Sequence record: SRR31156797_1306
DNA length: 64,000 nucleotides
Direction: 5' to 3' (one strand)
Shown: positions 52,299-62,682 of the stretch, in pieces
Position numbering within the stretch: position 1 is the first letter of the stretch
Layout: each line of letters starts with the position of its first letter
Notes under the pieces: model-generated
Told to the model about the DNA's origin: nothing
Database searches by the model: none
What the model saw: the letters and a program-made list of their open reading frames with translations, nothing else
Translations under genes and position numbers: made by a program

Positions 52299-52886
52299 TT
52301 ACTGGGCTGAATCAGAGTATATTTTTGTGTAACATGAACGACAAAGTGGTTCATATTCCTGTTTTTCACCTAAAAGAACCAATTTATCACCTTCTGATAA
52401 ACGATGAGAATAATTCGCCAGATTTCCACAACGCATGCAAACAGCATGAACCTTTGTGACATACTCTGCCGTTGCCATTAAACTTGGAATTGGTCCGAAA
52501 GGATTGCCTTTAAAATCCATATCTAAACCAGCAACAATAACACGTACGCCTTGATTTGCCAATTCGTTGCAAACATCGGATAAACCATTATCGAAAAACT
52601 GAGCCTCATCAATCCCAACCACATCAACATTACTTGCTAACAGAAGGATATTTGCAGAAGTTTCAACAGGTGTAGAACGAATTGAGTTTGCATTGTGCGA
52701 TACCACTTCATCTTCGGAATAACGAACATCAATATGAGGTTTAAAAATTTCAACCTTTTGCTTTGCTATTTTTGCTCGATTTAATCTACGAATTAATTCT
52801 TCCGTTTTACCCGAAAACATTGATCCCACAATAACTTCTACCCAACCTTGACGTCCGGCTCTGCTTATATCATTCTCAAGAAACAT
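52299..52886 (-). CDS. tdk: Thymidine kinase
   Basis: [25 protein letters not shown], two CxxC motifs. Confidence 0.97.
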   Translation of the reverse strand: MFLENDISRAGRQGWVEVIVGSMFSGKTEELIRRLNRAKIAKQKVEIFKPHIDVRYSEDEVVSHNANSIRSTPVETSANILLLASNVDVVGIDEAQFFDNGLSDVCNELANQGVRVIVAGLDMDFKGNPFGPIPSLMATAEYVTKVHAVCMRCGNLANYSHRLSEGDKLVLLGEKQEYEPLCRSCYTKIYSDSAQ

Positions 52887-53141
52887 TTATATCAGTTTAA
52901 GTGATTTTACATAGATATACAAAAATAGGAAAACTGATTAATTTATGGCAATCCTATTTCGAATTGTGAATAATCTTCGACAAACAGATTCGTTCTCCTC
53001 GTCAGCAACATATTTCTTCTTGTAAAGTGGAAGAGTGAAGAGCAATCAAATCAAAAATTTCTCGTTTCTTTGTATAGATTATTATTTGTAGAAAAATAAG
53101 ACAAGGAAAGTCATTCTTTCAAACAGGAAAAAAGCTCGAAA

Positions 53142-53774
53142 ATGGATAAAAAATTAATGCTTCAGCTACTCCAAAATAAAACAGGAGAAATTCAAAGTCT
53201 GTTAGAACATTTCAAAAATACACCTAACGAATTAGAGGAAGGAATTTCACTCTTATCGGATAGGATAGAAAGTTTAAGTAAGGAGTTTGAAATTCTGAAT
53301 GCAAATTTTTCATCTATTAATAAAGTTATAAAGGAAGAAAAAAAAATTTCTGCAGAACCTGTAATTACAAAGCCTGAATTAAAAATAGAAGAAGCAAAAA
53401 TTGAGATTCCTGAAGAAATCAAAGTAAAAATCTCCGAAGAAGTTAAGGAAACTGTTTCAATTCAAAATGAAAAAGTTGAAGAAAGTTCGACCTTAAATGA
53501 TCAGTTACATTCCCCGGGAAATGAAGTTCTTGGCGAGAAATTTTATTCAAATTCCATTACTGATATTCGATCAGCCATTGGAATTAACGATCGTTTCCTA
53601 TTTATTCGAGAGCTTTTCAATAATGATAATGACAAATACAATTCAACTATAGAATTCATCAATAATACCAATGAATTTAGTACTGTAGAAGAACATTTTA
53701 AATTGAAGCAGAATTGGGATTTTGAGAATCCAACAGTTGTTCAATTTTTAGAAATTACAAAGAGAAAATTTTAA
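53142..53774 (+). CDS. Hypothetical protein
   Basis: Coiled-coil N-terminus, E/K-rich linker, conserved-looking C-domain AIGINDRFLFIRELF. Two bp upstream of rsmI. Confidence 0.8.
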   Translation: MDKKLMLQLLQNKTGEIQSLLEHFKNTPNELEEGISLLSDRIESLSKEFEILNANFSSINKVIKEEKKISAEPVITKPELKIEEAKIEIPEEIKVKISEEVKETVSIQNEKVEESSTLNDQLHSPGNEVLGEKFYSNSITDIRSAIGINDRFLFIRELFNNDNDKYNSTIEFINNTNEFSTVEEHFKLKQNWDFENPTVVQFLEITKRKF

Positions 53775-53776
53775 GC

Positions 53777-54490
53777 ATGTCAAAATTATACTTAGTTCCG
53801 ACTCCAATCGGAAATCTAGAAGATATTACCCTAAGAGCAATTAATGTATTAAAGAGCGTTGATCTCATTTTAGCTGAAGATACAAGAACTTCAGGCTTTC
53901 TTTTAAAGCATTACGAGATCAGCAAACCATTGATGTCTCACCATAAATTTAACGAGCACAAAACCTCCGAAAATATCGTAAAACGTATTTTAGCGGGTGA
54001 AACCATTGCTCTTATTTCTGATGCTGGAACTCCCGGTATTTCTGATCCTGGATTCTTTTTAGTAAAGCATTGTGCAGAACAAGGAATTGAAGTGGAATGT
54101 CTTCCTGGAGCTACAGCTTTTGTACCTGCCCTGGTTAATTCTGGTTTACCTTGTGATCGATTTTGCTTTGAAGGTTTTCTACCTCAAAAAAAGGGTCGTC
54201 AAACCAAACTGAACGAATTAGCAGAAGAAACACGCACTATGATTTTCTATGAGTCACCTCATCGCTTGGTAAAAACTTTACAGCAATTAGCTGAAGTTAT
54301 GGGTGAAAACAGAAAAGCTTCTGTATCGAGAGAATTGACAAAATTGCATGAGGAAAATGTCAGAGGTACACTTACCGAATTAGCAAATCACTTCAATTCA
54401 AAAACTGTTAAAGGCGAAATTGTACTTATTGTAGAAGGTAAAGTATTCGAAAAAAAGAGGAAAGAATACATTAAGAAAGACAGACAGTAG
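53777..54490 (+). CDS. rsmI: 16S rRNA C1402 2'-O-methyltransferase
   Basis: PTPIGNLEDITLRA, AEDTR, SDAGTPGISDPG, FEGFLP, YESPHR, RELTKLHEE. Confidence 0.97.
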   Translation: MSKLYLVPTPIGNLEDITLRAINVLKSVDLILAEDTRTSGFLLKHYEISKPLMSHHKFNEHKTSENIVKRILAGETIALISDAGTPGISDPGFFLVKHCAEQGIEVECLPGATAFVPALVNSGLPCDRFCFEGFLPQKKGRQTKLNELAEETRTMIFYESPHRLVKTLQQLAEVMGENRKASVSRELTKLHEENVRGTLTELANHFNSKTVKGEIVLIVEGKVFEKKRKEYIKKDRQ

Positions 54491-54559
54491 CAGTTAGCGC
54501 AAAAATCGGAGTTTGGGTTTAGGGTTACAATATTATGCTATCCTTTATACTTGTAATTT

Positions 54560-55618
54560 TTAATCTTCGTGTGAGAATTTCGGACATGAGATTGCTTTAT
54601 CTCCAAGTTTCTTAACTTTTTGACGACGTTTAAGCTTACGTATTTCTCTTGGATTGGAGTAATTGTAATTGTAGGTTAAAGAGATCTCCAAGCCACCTCG
54701 ATTTGAAGATGCAGTTTGTAAATCGGATACATTAATATCGTAGGAAATTAATACTTTCAAACGCTTTTTTTCGTATCCGAAAACCGGAATAATATCCTGA
54801 GAAAAACGATACCACATACCATAATGCAAGATGGTTCCTTTTTCACCAAATAACATCATTGCATTTGCACCGGCAATCCATTCGTTTGCATCCTTCTCGG
54901 TGGTATGCATAATTTCAGGTTTGATATACATTCTGGAACTAATACGGCTTTCGAAACCTCCATGCCAGGCAAATTTACGCTTTAAGTTATTGGTAATTTC
55001 ATAAAACGATTCGTTGGGCTGATTGATATGACTCACTGCAGTTCCCATAAAATATTTGGTTTTCCCACGAAAATAGGTCATCATCATACCTGCCGAGAAA
55101 TCGGCATAAAATAGCGATTGAGTACCCAATGGTTCACCTGATTGATAATTGGGATCGAATATGGTTCCATCCCACTGATCATCGAAAACAAGCTTATTGT
55201 AATCAACCGACTTATTAACCATTTCAACACCAATTCCGGCGTGCAAGAACAAAGTATTTCCAGCATTTAGACTTTTGTTTAAAGAACCCGCAAACATTAC
55301 CTGTGTGGTTTTTAAACTACCCTCACCCGCTTTATCATTAAATACCATTCCTCCAACTCCAATCCAGGAAGAACTTAGCAACTGTGTTGATAATTTACCA
55401 TCAACAAAAACAGCTTGAGATACAAAAGGTGTCGTAACACTGTTCCATTGGTTACGATAATTCATTCCTCCACGAAGGTTATAATCTGAATTTCCAGTAA
55501 GCGCAGGATTTAACAATAATGGGATAGAATAGAACTGAGAAGAGTGTACACGCTGAGCCGAGAGCTTAAAAACTCCCAATAAAAAAATCGGCAATAAAAT
55601 CAGAATATACTTTCTCAT
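54560..55618 (-). CDS. PorP/SprF family T9SS outer-membrane protein
   Basis: Signal peptide, SQFY..PLLLNPALTG, YRNQW, amphipathic beta-strands, SYD...S.L...GGLEISL, terminal CPKF. Lies next to a type B CTD gene. Confidence 0.92.
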   Translation of the reverse strand: MRKYILILLPIFLLGVFKLSAQRVHSSQFYSIPLLLNPALTGNSDYNLRGGMNYRNQWNSVTTPFVSQAVFVDGKLSTQLLSSSWIGVGGMVFNDKAGEGSLKTTQVMFAGSLNKSLNAGNTLFLHAGIGVEMVNKSVDYNKLVFDDQWDGTIFDPNYQSGEPLGTQSLFYADFSAGMMMTYFRGKTKYFMGTAVSHINQPNESFYEITNNLKRKFAWHGGFESRISSRMYIKPEIMHTTEKDANEWIAGANAMMLFGEKGTILHYGMWYRFSQDIIPVFGYEKKRLKVLISYDINVSDLQTASSNRGGLEISLTYNYNYSNPREIRKLKRRQKVKKLGDKAISCPKFSHED

Positions 55619-55830
55619 AAACACTTTCAAAGGGTTATCCGATTTTCAACATCACGATCAACAAGAAAGATAAAACCCCCAAACAAAAATATGAAAATGG
55701 GTAATATTATTGTATTACCCAAACATAAAATATCTATTTGATATTAAATATAGTCGCCTTTTTTGGCGGTTTAAATATAATTAATCGTATTTAATTTAAA
55801 TATTAAAATATCCTTAATTCATCAAATATC

Positions 55831-58359
55831 TTAGTAGAGTAGTGTAACATTACCTCTTTTCTGCATAGATGCGCCATCAAGTAAGGTCACTTTCAAGAAA
55901 TAAACATATACATCCATGTCCTGCTTCTGTCCACGATAAGTTCCATCCCATCCTACATCCTGACGATTGGATTGGAAAATTTTATGTCCTAATCTGTTGT
56001 AAATAATCAAGCTCATAGAAGCTATATTATTTCCCCTTACAAAAAGAACATCATTCTTTCCATCACCATTTGGAGAGAACCCTGTTGGTAATCCCACAAA
56101 TTGGTCACCTTCCGGATAAGATACATTTACAGTATCTCTTCCCATACAACTTTGTTGATTGGTCACCTCTACCCAGTATTCACCTGCCTGATCGACAATA
56201 ATTTTCTGAGAAATCTCATCATTCGACCAACGATAGAATGAACCATCATTCTGAGCGTCTAATTCCGCTGTTTCACCTGCTGATAAAACCAAATCATCAC
56301 CTAAATCAACAATTGGAGAAGCATTTACAATTAATTCGATACAATCACCTTCAGTATTTCCAAAAGGATCGGTTACTTCTACACAATATTTACCAGTTTG
56401 ATCAACAAAAATACCTTTATCTGTTGATTCTGATGGAATCCAACTATAAGTAGGCTCAGCACTAAATGTACGGTCAATAGTTGGTTCAAGGTATACTCTA
56501 TCACCTTCACAAATTTGAATGTCACCACCTAAATCAACAGAGAATTTATGACCATCTTTTCTTATCACGCTTACTTCATCACTATTGGTACAACCAAATT
56601 CTGATGTCACAAGAACTGAATATACATTCTCATCGCTCACTGTGATCGTTTGTGTTACATCGCCAGTATTCCATTCGTAAGAACCAGTTAAACCTTCTGG
56701 TCCGGCATCTAATGTAGCTGTTTCTCCATCGTACAATACAATATCTTCACCCAAATCAACAATTGGCAATGGATGAACATCTACAAGAATTTCATCCGTT
56801 TTCTCATTTCCAATTCCATCTCTTACAATTACTGAATAGTTTCCTGATTCCGTAACTGTTAAAGTAGATGTATTTGCTCCATTAGACCACAAATAAGTGT
56901 AATCCTGTGTTATTGTAGGATTTGGATTCAATACAATTTCATCACCTTCACAAATATCTTTATCATCACCAAGGTTAATCGCAAATACATCATTAACACT
57001 TGATATTACAATTTCATCACTAGCCGAACATCCATTTGAGTTGGTTACCGTAACACTGTAAGTATTACTTGTACTTACCTGAATGGTTTGAGTAGTTTCT
57101 CCAGTAGACCATTCATAATCGTTACCGGCATTTTGTGCATCAAGTGTAAGAATTTCCCCTTCTGCTAACTGATAGTCATCTCCTAAATCGACAACAGGAG
57201 CTGACCAAACTGTTACATTAACAACGGCTGATGATTGTTTACCCGTATTTTTATCTGTAGCAGTTACAGAATAAATTCCAGTTTCACTTACCGTTAAAGT
57301 TGACCCTACTGATCCGTCAGACCACAAGTAAGAGTAATCACCATCAAAATCGATAACAGGTGTTAGAACTCTTGTTTCTCCAGAACAGAAGGCGATATCA
57401 TCACCTAAACTTACAACAAATGATTCTACCACTTTGATATCAGCATAAATTGTATCTCCAGCACAATCAAATGCACTACGTTCTATCAATTTAATTTTAT
57501 AATCACCTGGTGTATTTCCCCATTGAACATCAAAACTTAGTTCGCTATGGAAGTTATCACTCATTCTTGTGGTACTTTCATTCAATACTGTTGCATCTGC
57601 AGGAACAAAAATTTCATAATTTTCATTCTTCTCAATGGTTGCAGTATATGCCTGAATTGTACCTGCCTGAATAACCGGATTGTAATCGCCAAATACCGTA
57701 TTTGGTAATGCCATCACATCCACCTCTAAGGTTTGATTGGCTAAATCCTCTTCAACCGGAATTCCTGATAATGTTTTGGCTTCAACCAATAAAATTTCCG
57801 CTCTGTGAGTCTTACCTGAAGTATTAGGTATCTCCAATTCAAACTCAAACTTATTGGTATAAATTTCATTCGCACCAGTAGGCATTTCTGCAGGTGCTCT
57901 ATCAACAGAGTATTTAAATGTCCAAGGTTTTGGTCCGGTATAATTTACCGTCACATTAACCATACCATTGGCATCTCCACCATTATTTTGAGCACAAACA
58001 TAAGGCACTTCTAAATCTTCAAATACAGCTGTTGGCGCTGATTCATCAACTATAACTAGCATAGTTAACCCTTCACCAAAACAGTGCGTTCCTAAATCCT
58101 CAGGATACACTTTTACTTCATAAGTTCCAGCGTTTACAAACTGATAATCTCCAGATTCGAATGTTTTAGAAGCCAAATACGCTACAGCACCCGTTGATGT
58201 ATTGGTAACAGACCAATGATACTTGTAAGCTGCATTCTCATCCACTTTAAAATTAAGTGTTGTTCCCTTAACTACATACTGCTGCGACACAGCCGCCAAT
58301 CCTCCTAAAAGGATCAGCAGTGCGCTTAGAAGTGTTTTATGTAGTAAGGTTCTTATCAT
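55831..58359 (-). CDS. T9SS type B CTD cargo with tandem Ig/PKD-like domains
   Basis: Signal peptide, six (V/I)xLGxD repeats, C-terminal PTGFSPNGDGKND...IYNRLG...GWDG...KRGNVTLLY (CHU_C/TIGR04131-type). Confidence 0.93.
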   Translation of the reverse strand: MIRTLLHKTLLSALLILLGGLAAVSQQYVVKGTTLNFKVDENAAYKYHWSVTNTSTGAVAYLASKTFESGDYQFVNAGTYEVKVYPEDLGTHCFGEGLTMLVIVDESAPTAVFEDLEVPYVCAQNNGGDANGMVNVTVNYTGPKPWTFKYSVDRAPAEMPTGANEIYTNKFEFELEIPNTSGKTHRAEILLVEAKTLSGIPVEEDLANQTLEVDVMALPNTVFGDYNPVIQAGTIQAYTATIEKNENYEIFVPADATVLNESTTRMSDNFHSELSFDVQWGNTPGDYKIKLIERSAFDCAGDTIYADIKVVESFVVSLGDDIAFCSGETRVLTPVIDFDGDYSYLWSDGSVGSTLTVSETGIYSVTATDKNTGKQSSAVVNVTVWSAPVVDLGDDYQLAEGEILTLDAQNAGNDYEWSTGETTQTIQVSTSNTYSVTVTNSNGCSASDEIVISSVNDVFAINLGDDKDICEGDEIVLNPNPTITQDYTYLWSNGANTSTLTVTESGNYSVIVRDGIGNEKTDEILVDVHPLPIVDLGEDIVLYDGETATLDAGPEGLTGSYEWNTGDVTQTITVSDENVYSVLVTSEFGCTNSDEVSVIRKDGHKFSVDLGGDIQICEGDRVYLEPTIDRTFSAEPTYSWIPSESTDKGIFVDQTGKYCVEVTDPFGNTEGDCIELIVNASPIVDLGDDLVLSAGETAELDAQNDGSFYRWSNDEISQKIIVDQAGEYWVEVTNQQSCMGRDTVNVSYPEGDQFVGLPTGFSPNGDGKNDVLFVRGNNIASMSLIIYNRLGHKIFQSNRQDVGWDGTYRGQKQDMDVYVYFLKVTLLDGASMQKRGNVTLLY

Positions 58360-58371
58360 TTATTTAAACGT

Positions 58372-59046
58372 TTAGTTTAATGTTAGATTCGTAATAACTG
58401 GTTTAGGATATACTACGATATTTTTATCGTCATCAGTAGCATTTACAACAACATCATCAGCCGATTTTGCTGAGTTAATTACAACTTTCCAATTCTGAAC
58501 TGTTGATTCATTATTAACAAATGTATGAGCTACATCAATAGTATGATCCCCATTTATATCTGCAACTTCGATATTATCAAAACCTGGAACTACAACATCG
58601 TTGTTATCCATAATTGAGTAAGTCAAAGTCCATGGTTGTGCACCGGTATAAGTTACGATAACTGGTGTGCTTCCATTATCAGCAATGGTTGTAGCGGCTG
58701 AACAAACCCCAAGTACATCACCTGCATCAGCAAATTCAACAGTTGGTGTACCCAACACTTTCACTCTTTGCTCAAACGGTTCACTCTTACAACCATTTAC
58801 ATCAGTTGTAACTACACTTATTGTGTACATATCAGCAACCGTTGGCCAAGTAAACGTAATTGCGCTTGTTGTTTCTGCAATAGCTACAGTTGTTCCGCCA
58901 TCGCCTACAACTGTCCATGCAAACGTACTTCCGTGCGTATGAACCGCTGTTAAATTTTGACTTGTTCCACCTGTTACTTCTGTTTGAGCATTTGCAAGCC
59001 CAATAAAAGTAAAGGCAAAAATGAGTAATGATAGTATTTTTTTCAT
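58372..59046 (-). CDS. Secreted two-domain Ig-like protein (array member 1)
   Basis: Signal peptide ANA-Q, NGC and GVC cysteines, YTGAQPW shared with the cargo N-terminus, tail VYPKPVITNLTLN. Confidence 0.85.
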   Translation of the reverse strand: MKKILSLLIFAFTFIGLANAQTEVTGGTSQNLTAVHTHGSTFAWTVVGDGGTTVAIAETTSAITFTWPTVADMYTISVVTTDVNGCKSEPFEQRVKVLGTPTVEFADAGDVLGVCSAATTIADNGSTPVIVTYTGAQPWTLTYSIMDNNDVVVPGFDNIEVADINGDHTIDVAHTFVNNESTVQNWKVVINSAKSADDVVVNATDDDKNIVVYPKPVITNLTLN

Positions 59047-59067
59047 AGTACTATAATTTAGTTTCTA

Positions 59068-59829
59068 CTAAAACTGAATATCGTCAACAGTTGGAAGTGC
59101 ATGAGAAGTTCTTGTATGAATATGTGTTGTCTCATCCAAATCCTTTTCCACACCAGTACCATTTTTAGCTTTAAACAAACGAATTACATAATTTTGTTCT
59201 GCTAATGGATTAAGGTCAATTAAATCAATATTAGGTATTGTGATAAAATAACTTCCATCTTCCTGTGTTGTACTTACGGATAACTCAACAGCTTCAGCTT
59301 CAACAAGGCTATTTACCGTATACCACACACTAACAGCTTTACCAGCTTCATGAACTAGACCTAAACCGCTTAAAGTAACCGGAATTTTCACATTATCACC
59401 AGTTAAATTAACAGAACAATCATCTGAAACATTAGATGCAAATACAACATCCATATCATTAGTAGCTTTAAGAATTACATGCAAAATTTTAAAGTTAGGA
59501 CAGCCATCAACCTTACTGGTTTTTGTAAGCTTTAGATAGTAATCCTTATCTGCTACAGGTGAAGGACCATCCCAAGTGATACTAACAGAAGCCGTATTCT
59601 TTGCCCCATTGAAAGTTACCTCTCCACCAGCTTCATTACCAGGTGTACAGTCTTCATCTGTATATACTTCCCATTCAAAATCAAAATTTGCATCTGGTGT
59701 AACATCATAAACATTCGTCGATCCTGCATAAACTGTTTGTGTTGTAGCCATCGTAACTCCAACTTCCTGTGCCATTGTACTGCTCAAGAAACCAAAACAG
59801 ATTGTAAGTAATAGTATAAGTTTTTTCAT
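59068..59829 (-). CDS. Secreted two-domain Ig-like protein (array member 2)
   Basis: Signal peptide TMA-Q, VYAGSTNVY, SITW, DGC, DDC, tail HALPTVDDIQF. Confidence 0.85.
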   Translation of the reverse strand: MKKLILLLTICFGFLSSTMAQEVGVTMATTQTVYAGSTNVYDVTPDANFDFEWEVYTDEDCTPGNEAGGEVTFNGAKNTASVSITWDGPSPVADKDYYLKLTKTSKVDGCPNFKILHVILKATNDMDVVFASNVSDDCSVNLTGDNVKIPVTLSGLGLVHEAGKAVSVWYTVNSLVEAEAVELSVSTTQEDGSYFITIPNIDLIDLNPLAEQNYVIRLFKAKNGTGVEKDLDETTHIHTRTSHALPTVDDIQF

Positions 59830-59853
59830 GTCGTATAATTATTTATTGTTTTT

Positions 59854-60576
59854 TTAATAGTTTATATCATCAACGATAGGAATACCATACAGTGTTCTTG
59901 TATGAATATTTACTCCTCCTGTTAGTGTCACTTTTATATCTCCTCCGTACTTGTCCTTAGCAGAGAGGATGGTAATTATTTGGTTTTTATCTGTATGTTC
60001 TGGTATAATGGCAAGATCATTAAAAACTAAACTCTTGCTCTCTGTTACAGTTATTGGAGTTGCCTCAGGCGCACCATCAATACTGTAGTAGACTTGTATT
60101 GGATAAAATTTACTATCAACTATCCCACTCGTCTCAATTGTTACTTCTGTCTCAAACGTATTTCCTACATTCGAACAATCATTCGATGCCAATTCTTTAA
60201 ATTCAATCGTGGCACTTTCGATCACTTCTATTGCAAATGCTCTTCTTGTTGAACATCCACCCAAACCATCATTGAATTCCTCAACGATTAAATAATATTT
60301 ACCAGGTTTCTCCCAGGTAATATCAACATTTGCCGCATTGTCAATTCCATCCTTAAACGTGAATTCGTCGGCTGCAGCAGGATTTGCATCTTTCTGATCT
60401 GCAAAATCCAACACCTTGTAAATTTTCCATTCACATGCATTACCAGCATGCAAGGCTAAAGTTGCCTTATGAGTACTCCCATGCAAAAACACAGCATCCT
60501 GTGCACTCGCTGTTGCAAGCACAAACACTCCTAATATGAGCGTAAGCAGAATTCTATGGATGAGAGATTTTTTCAA
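59854..60576 (-). CDS. Secreted two-domain Ig-like protein (array member 3, TTG start)
   Basis: Signal peptide ASA-Q, HGSTH, DITW, GGCSTRR, NDC, tail YGIPIVDDINY. Confidence 0.85.
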   Translation of the reverse strand: MKKSLIHRILLTLILGVFVLATASAQDAVFLHGSTHKATLALHAGNACEWKIYKVLDFADQKDANPAAADEFTFKDGIDNAANVDITWEKPGKYYLIVEEFNDGLGGCSTRRAFAIEVIESATIEFKELASNDCSNVGNTFETEVTIETSGIVDSKFYPIQVYYSIDGAPEATPITVTESKSLVFNDLAIIPEHTDKNQIITILSAKDKYGGDIKVTLTGGVNIHTRTLYGIPIVDDINY

Positions 60577-60618
60577 TTAATTGTATTTAAATTCTAAAAT
60601 TCTTGTTTGACTTTTATA

Positions 60619-60643
60619 ACCTTCCCGACAATGTCGGGAAGGT
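60619..60643. promoter_or_regulatory. Perfect intergenic hairpin inside the array
   Basis: ACCTTCCCGACA-A-TGTCGGGAAGGT. No U tract follows on the coding (minus) strand. Confidence 0.7.
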
Positions 60644-60674
60644 ATTTTTAGCCTTATAATTTATTCTTTAAGAA

Positions 60675-61742
60675 TTAATCAACAGATATTATCATTTGAG
60701 TATCTGGCGAAGCCTTTATTACAAAATCTGTTGCCTCTTTATTGCCAGTAACATTATTGAATGTTTCAAACTGATCTGCAGAAGCAGTTGTTATGTAGGC
60801 TGTAGTATTGCCAGTTGTTACACCTGAATTTTTCTCACTAAGGTTAAACGTGATATCAGCATCAGTACTTGTTCCTAATACATTTTGGAAAGTAACTTTC
60901 AAATAAGCTACAGGATTACCTGTATTCACAGTAATTTTACCAGTTCCAGTATCTGAAGTTCCAGCTGAACCTCCACCTATCGCATCAAGTACTTCTATTG
61001 CTAAATCAGTTCCATTCGCATTGGTCAAATTATAATCAAATCCCCAAGCTCCATTCCATGGTTGAGTTCCAGTCTTCATACTAATTTGATAGTAAACGGA
61101 TGTAGTTCCAAGCGCTGCTTTCTTCGCTGTAGCATCTAAACCATTAGCAAGAATACTACCTGAGAAAGAATTACATGTTGCTAAACTTTGATCTGCAGCA
61201 CCAGTATAAACTACATTATCCTCAGGATTAATCGCAGCAAGAATAAAGTCAACACCCCCTGAAGTTACTGAAACAAAGTACCTTCTTCTTGCAGAACAAA
61301 AGGTTGCGTCAGCTCCATTATATTCTTCCACTTCAACCGCATAAACACCAGCATCAGGAGTATCCAACCATTGTACACCAATAGAATGAGCACTCTGTGC
61401 AGAATATTCTCCAGCCGTACCTAAATTCCCACCAGGAAATTTAGTTGCAAAATCAGCTCCCCCTGGAGCATAATTCACAAATTGAAATTTAGTAAAATCT
61501 GTTAATAGAGTACTAGTACCTCCACTAACAGTAAAAACTCGCCATGTGTAATAAGTATTTTCATGTCCTGTAATTGGAGTATTTGCACCATCCAAGTTTA
61601 CTTTAAAACCATGAAAAGAACCTACTGAATGATCAATAGCATTCGCCTCTGTTGATCCATCATTTGTACCAATAGCCATTACTGCATTGGTAGAAAGCAT
61701 TATGCAAAAGCACAATCCGATTGACATTAATATTTTTTTCAT
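60675..61742 (-). CDS. Secreted two-domain Ig-like protein (array member 4, longest)
   Basis: ATG at 61742 (MKKILMSIG), VGSFHGF, YTW, VQW, VEEY..TFCSARRR, ATCNS, tail IKASPDTQMIISVD. Confidence 0.85.
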   Translation of the reverse strand: MKKILMSIGLCFCIMLSTNAVMAIGTNDGSTEANAIDHSVGSFHGFKVNLDGANTPITGHENTYYTWRVFTVSGGTSTLLTDFTKFQFVNYAPGGADFATKFPGGNLGTAGEYSAQSAHSIGVQWLDTPDAGVYAVEVEEYNGADATFCSARRRYFVSVTSGGVDFILAAINPEDNVVYTGAADQSLATCNSFSGSILANGLDATAKKAALGTTSVYYQISMKTGTQPWNGAWGFDYNLTNANGTDLAIEVLDAIGGGSAGTSDTGTGKITVNTGNPVAYLKVTFQNVLGTSTDADITFNLSEKNSGVTTGNTTAYITTASADQFETFNNVTGNKEATDFVIKASPDTQMIISVD

Positions 61743-61778
61743 AAGGCTATATATTATTTTATTAAGCATTAACTAATT

Positions 61779-62660
61779 TTAATTTGTTTGAATCTCAGTT
61801 GTTGTTGGCACTGACCAAACAATAGAAGTTGCTGTTCCTGCAAATTCTGCCCCACCTGCTTCTTCTGACTCAAGGGTTCCGTAAAGAACATCTTCACCAG
61901 CATCAATATTAAATGTAATAGTTACATCTTCGTCAATCCAAAGATTAGTCACAGATGCTGTAGCATTAACTGTAGTAACACCAGTTGGAACAATTATATA
62001 TCCATCTCCATCTACAGTTAATGTATGATCCGTACCATCATTATACTTATAAGTAGCATTTACAGTAGCAGTTTTATCGGCAGAAACAACCGGCTTAAAC
62101 TTCCAACTATTAACTGTACCTGTCATGGTAATGTTGAAATCTCTTGGAGTAGAACCCAACTGAGCGGCATCTGGAGTATTACCTGTAAATAAAGTACCTG
62201 AAGCTGTATTACAACCATCAGCTGTAACAGCAGCAATCTGAATATCGAATGCATTAGGAATTACATCAATTTGAATTCTTCGCTTACTAATACAACGATT
62301 TGCAGAGTATTCTTCAACAAATAAATAGTATGTTTTTCCACTCGCTGCTGCATTCCAAGTTATATTAATCCTGAACAAATTAGCAACATCAGTACTTTTA
62401 TCCCAAGCATTATCTGCATTATCAACCTTTGTTACAGCATAATCACCATCGGTAGCCGCTATATCTCCAGCTTCATTTGTTGCTAAATACCATTTATAAG
62501 TATTACCCACATGTACTGCTTCTTGAGTAGCTCCATTATCTGCAGAGTTCACAAAATAAATATGAGTACCTCCAACGTATGGATTTGTTCCTGATTGGGC
62601 AAACACATTAATTCCTACAACCAGAAATAAAACAGTTATTATCCCTTTTAATAATTTCAT
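61779..62660 (-). CDS. Secreted two-domain Ig-like protein (array member 5)
   Basis: Signal peptide VFA-Q, PYVGGTHIY, YKW, NITW, VEEY..NRCISKRR, DGCNT, tail VWSVPTTTEIQTN. Confidence 0.85.
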   Translation of the reverse strand: MKLLKGIITVLFLVVGINVFAQSGTNPYVGGTHIYFVNSADNGATQEAVHVGNTYKWYLATNEAGDIAATDGDYAVTKVDNADNAWDKSTDVANLFRINITWNAAASGKTYYLFVEEYSANRCISKRRIQIDVIPNAFDIQIAAVTADGCNTASGTLFTGNTPDAAQLGSTPRDFNITMTGTVNSWKFKPVVSADKTATVNATYKYNDGTDHTLTVDGDGYIIVPTGVTTVNATASVTNLWIDEDVTITFNIDAGEDVLYGTLESEEAGGAEFAGTATSIVWSVPTTTEIQTN

Positions 62661-62682
62661 AATATTTAATTTTTACTAGTTA

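Noticed and set aside
52887-53141. Possible structured RNA between tdk and the divergent gene
   Set aside because: The pairing relies on low-complexity CTTC/GAAG tracts and I saw no known RNA motif.
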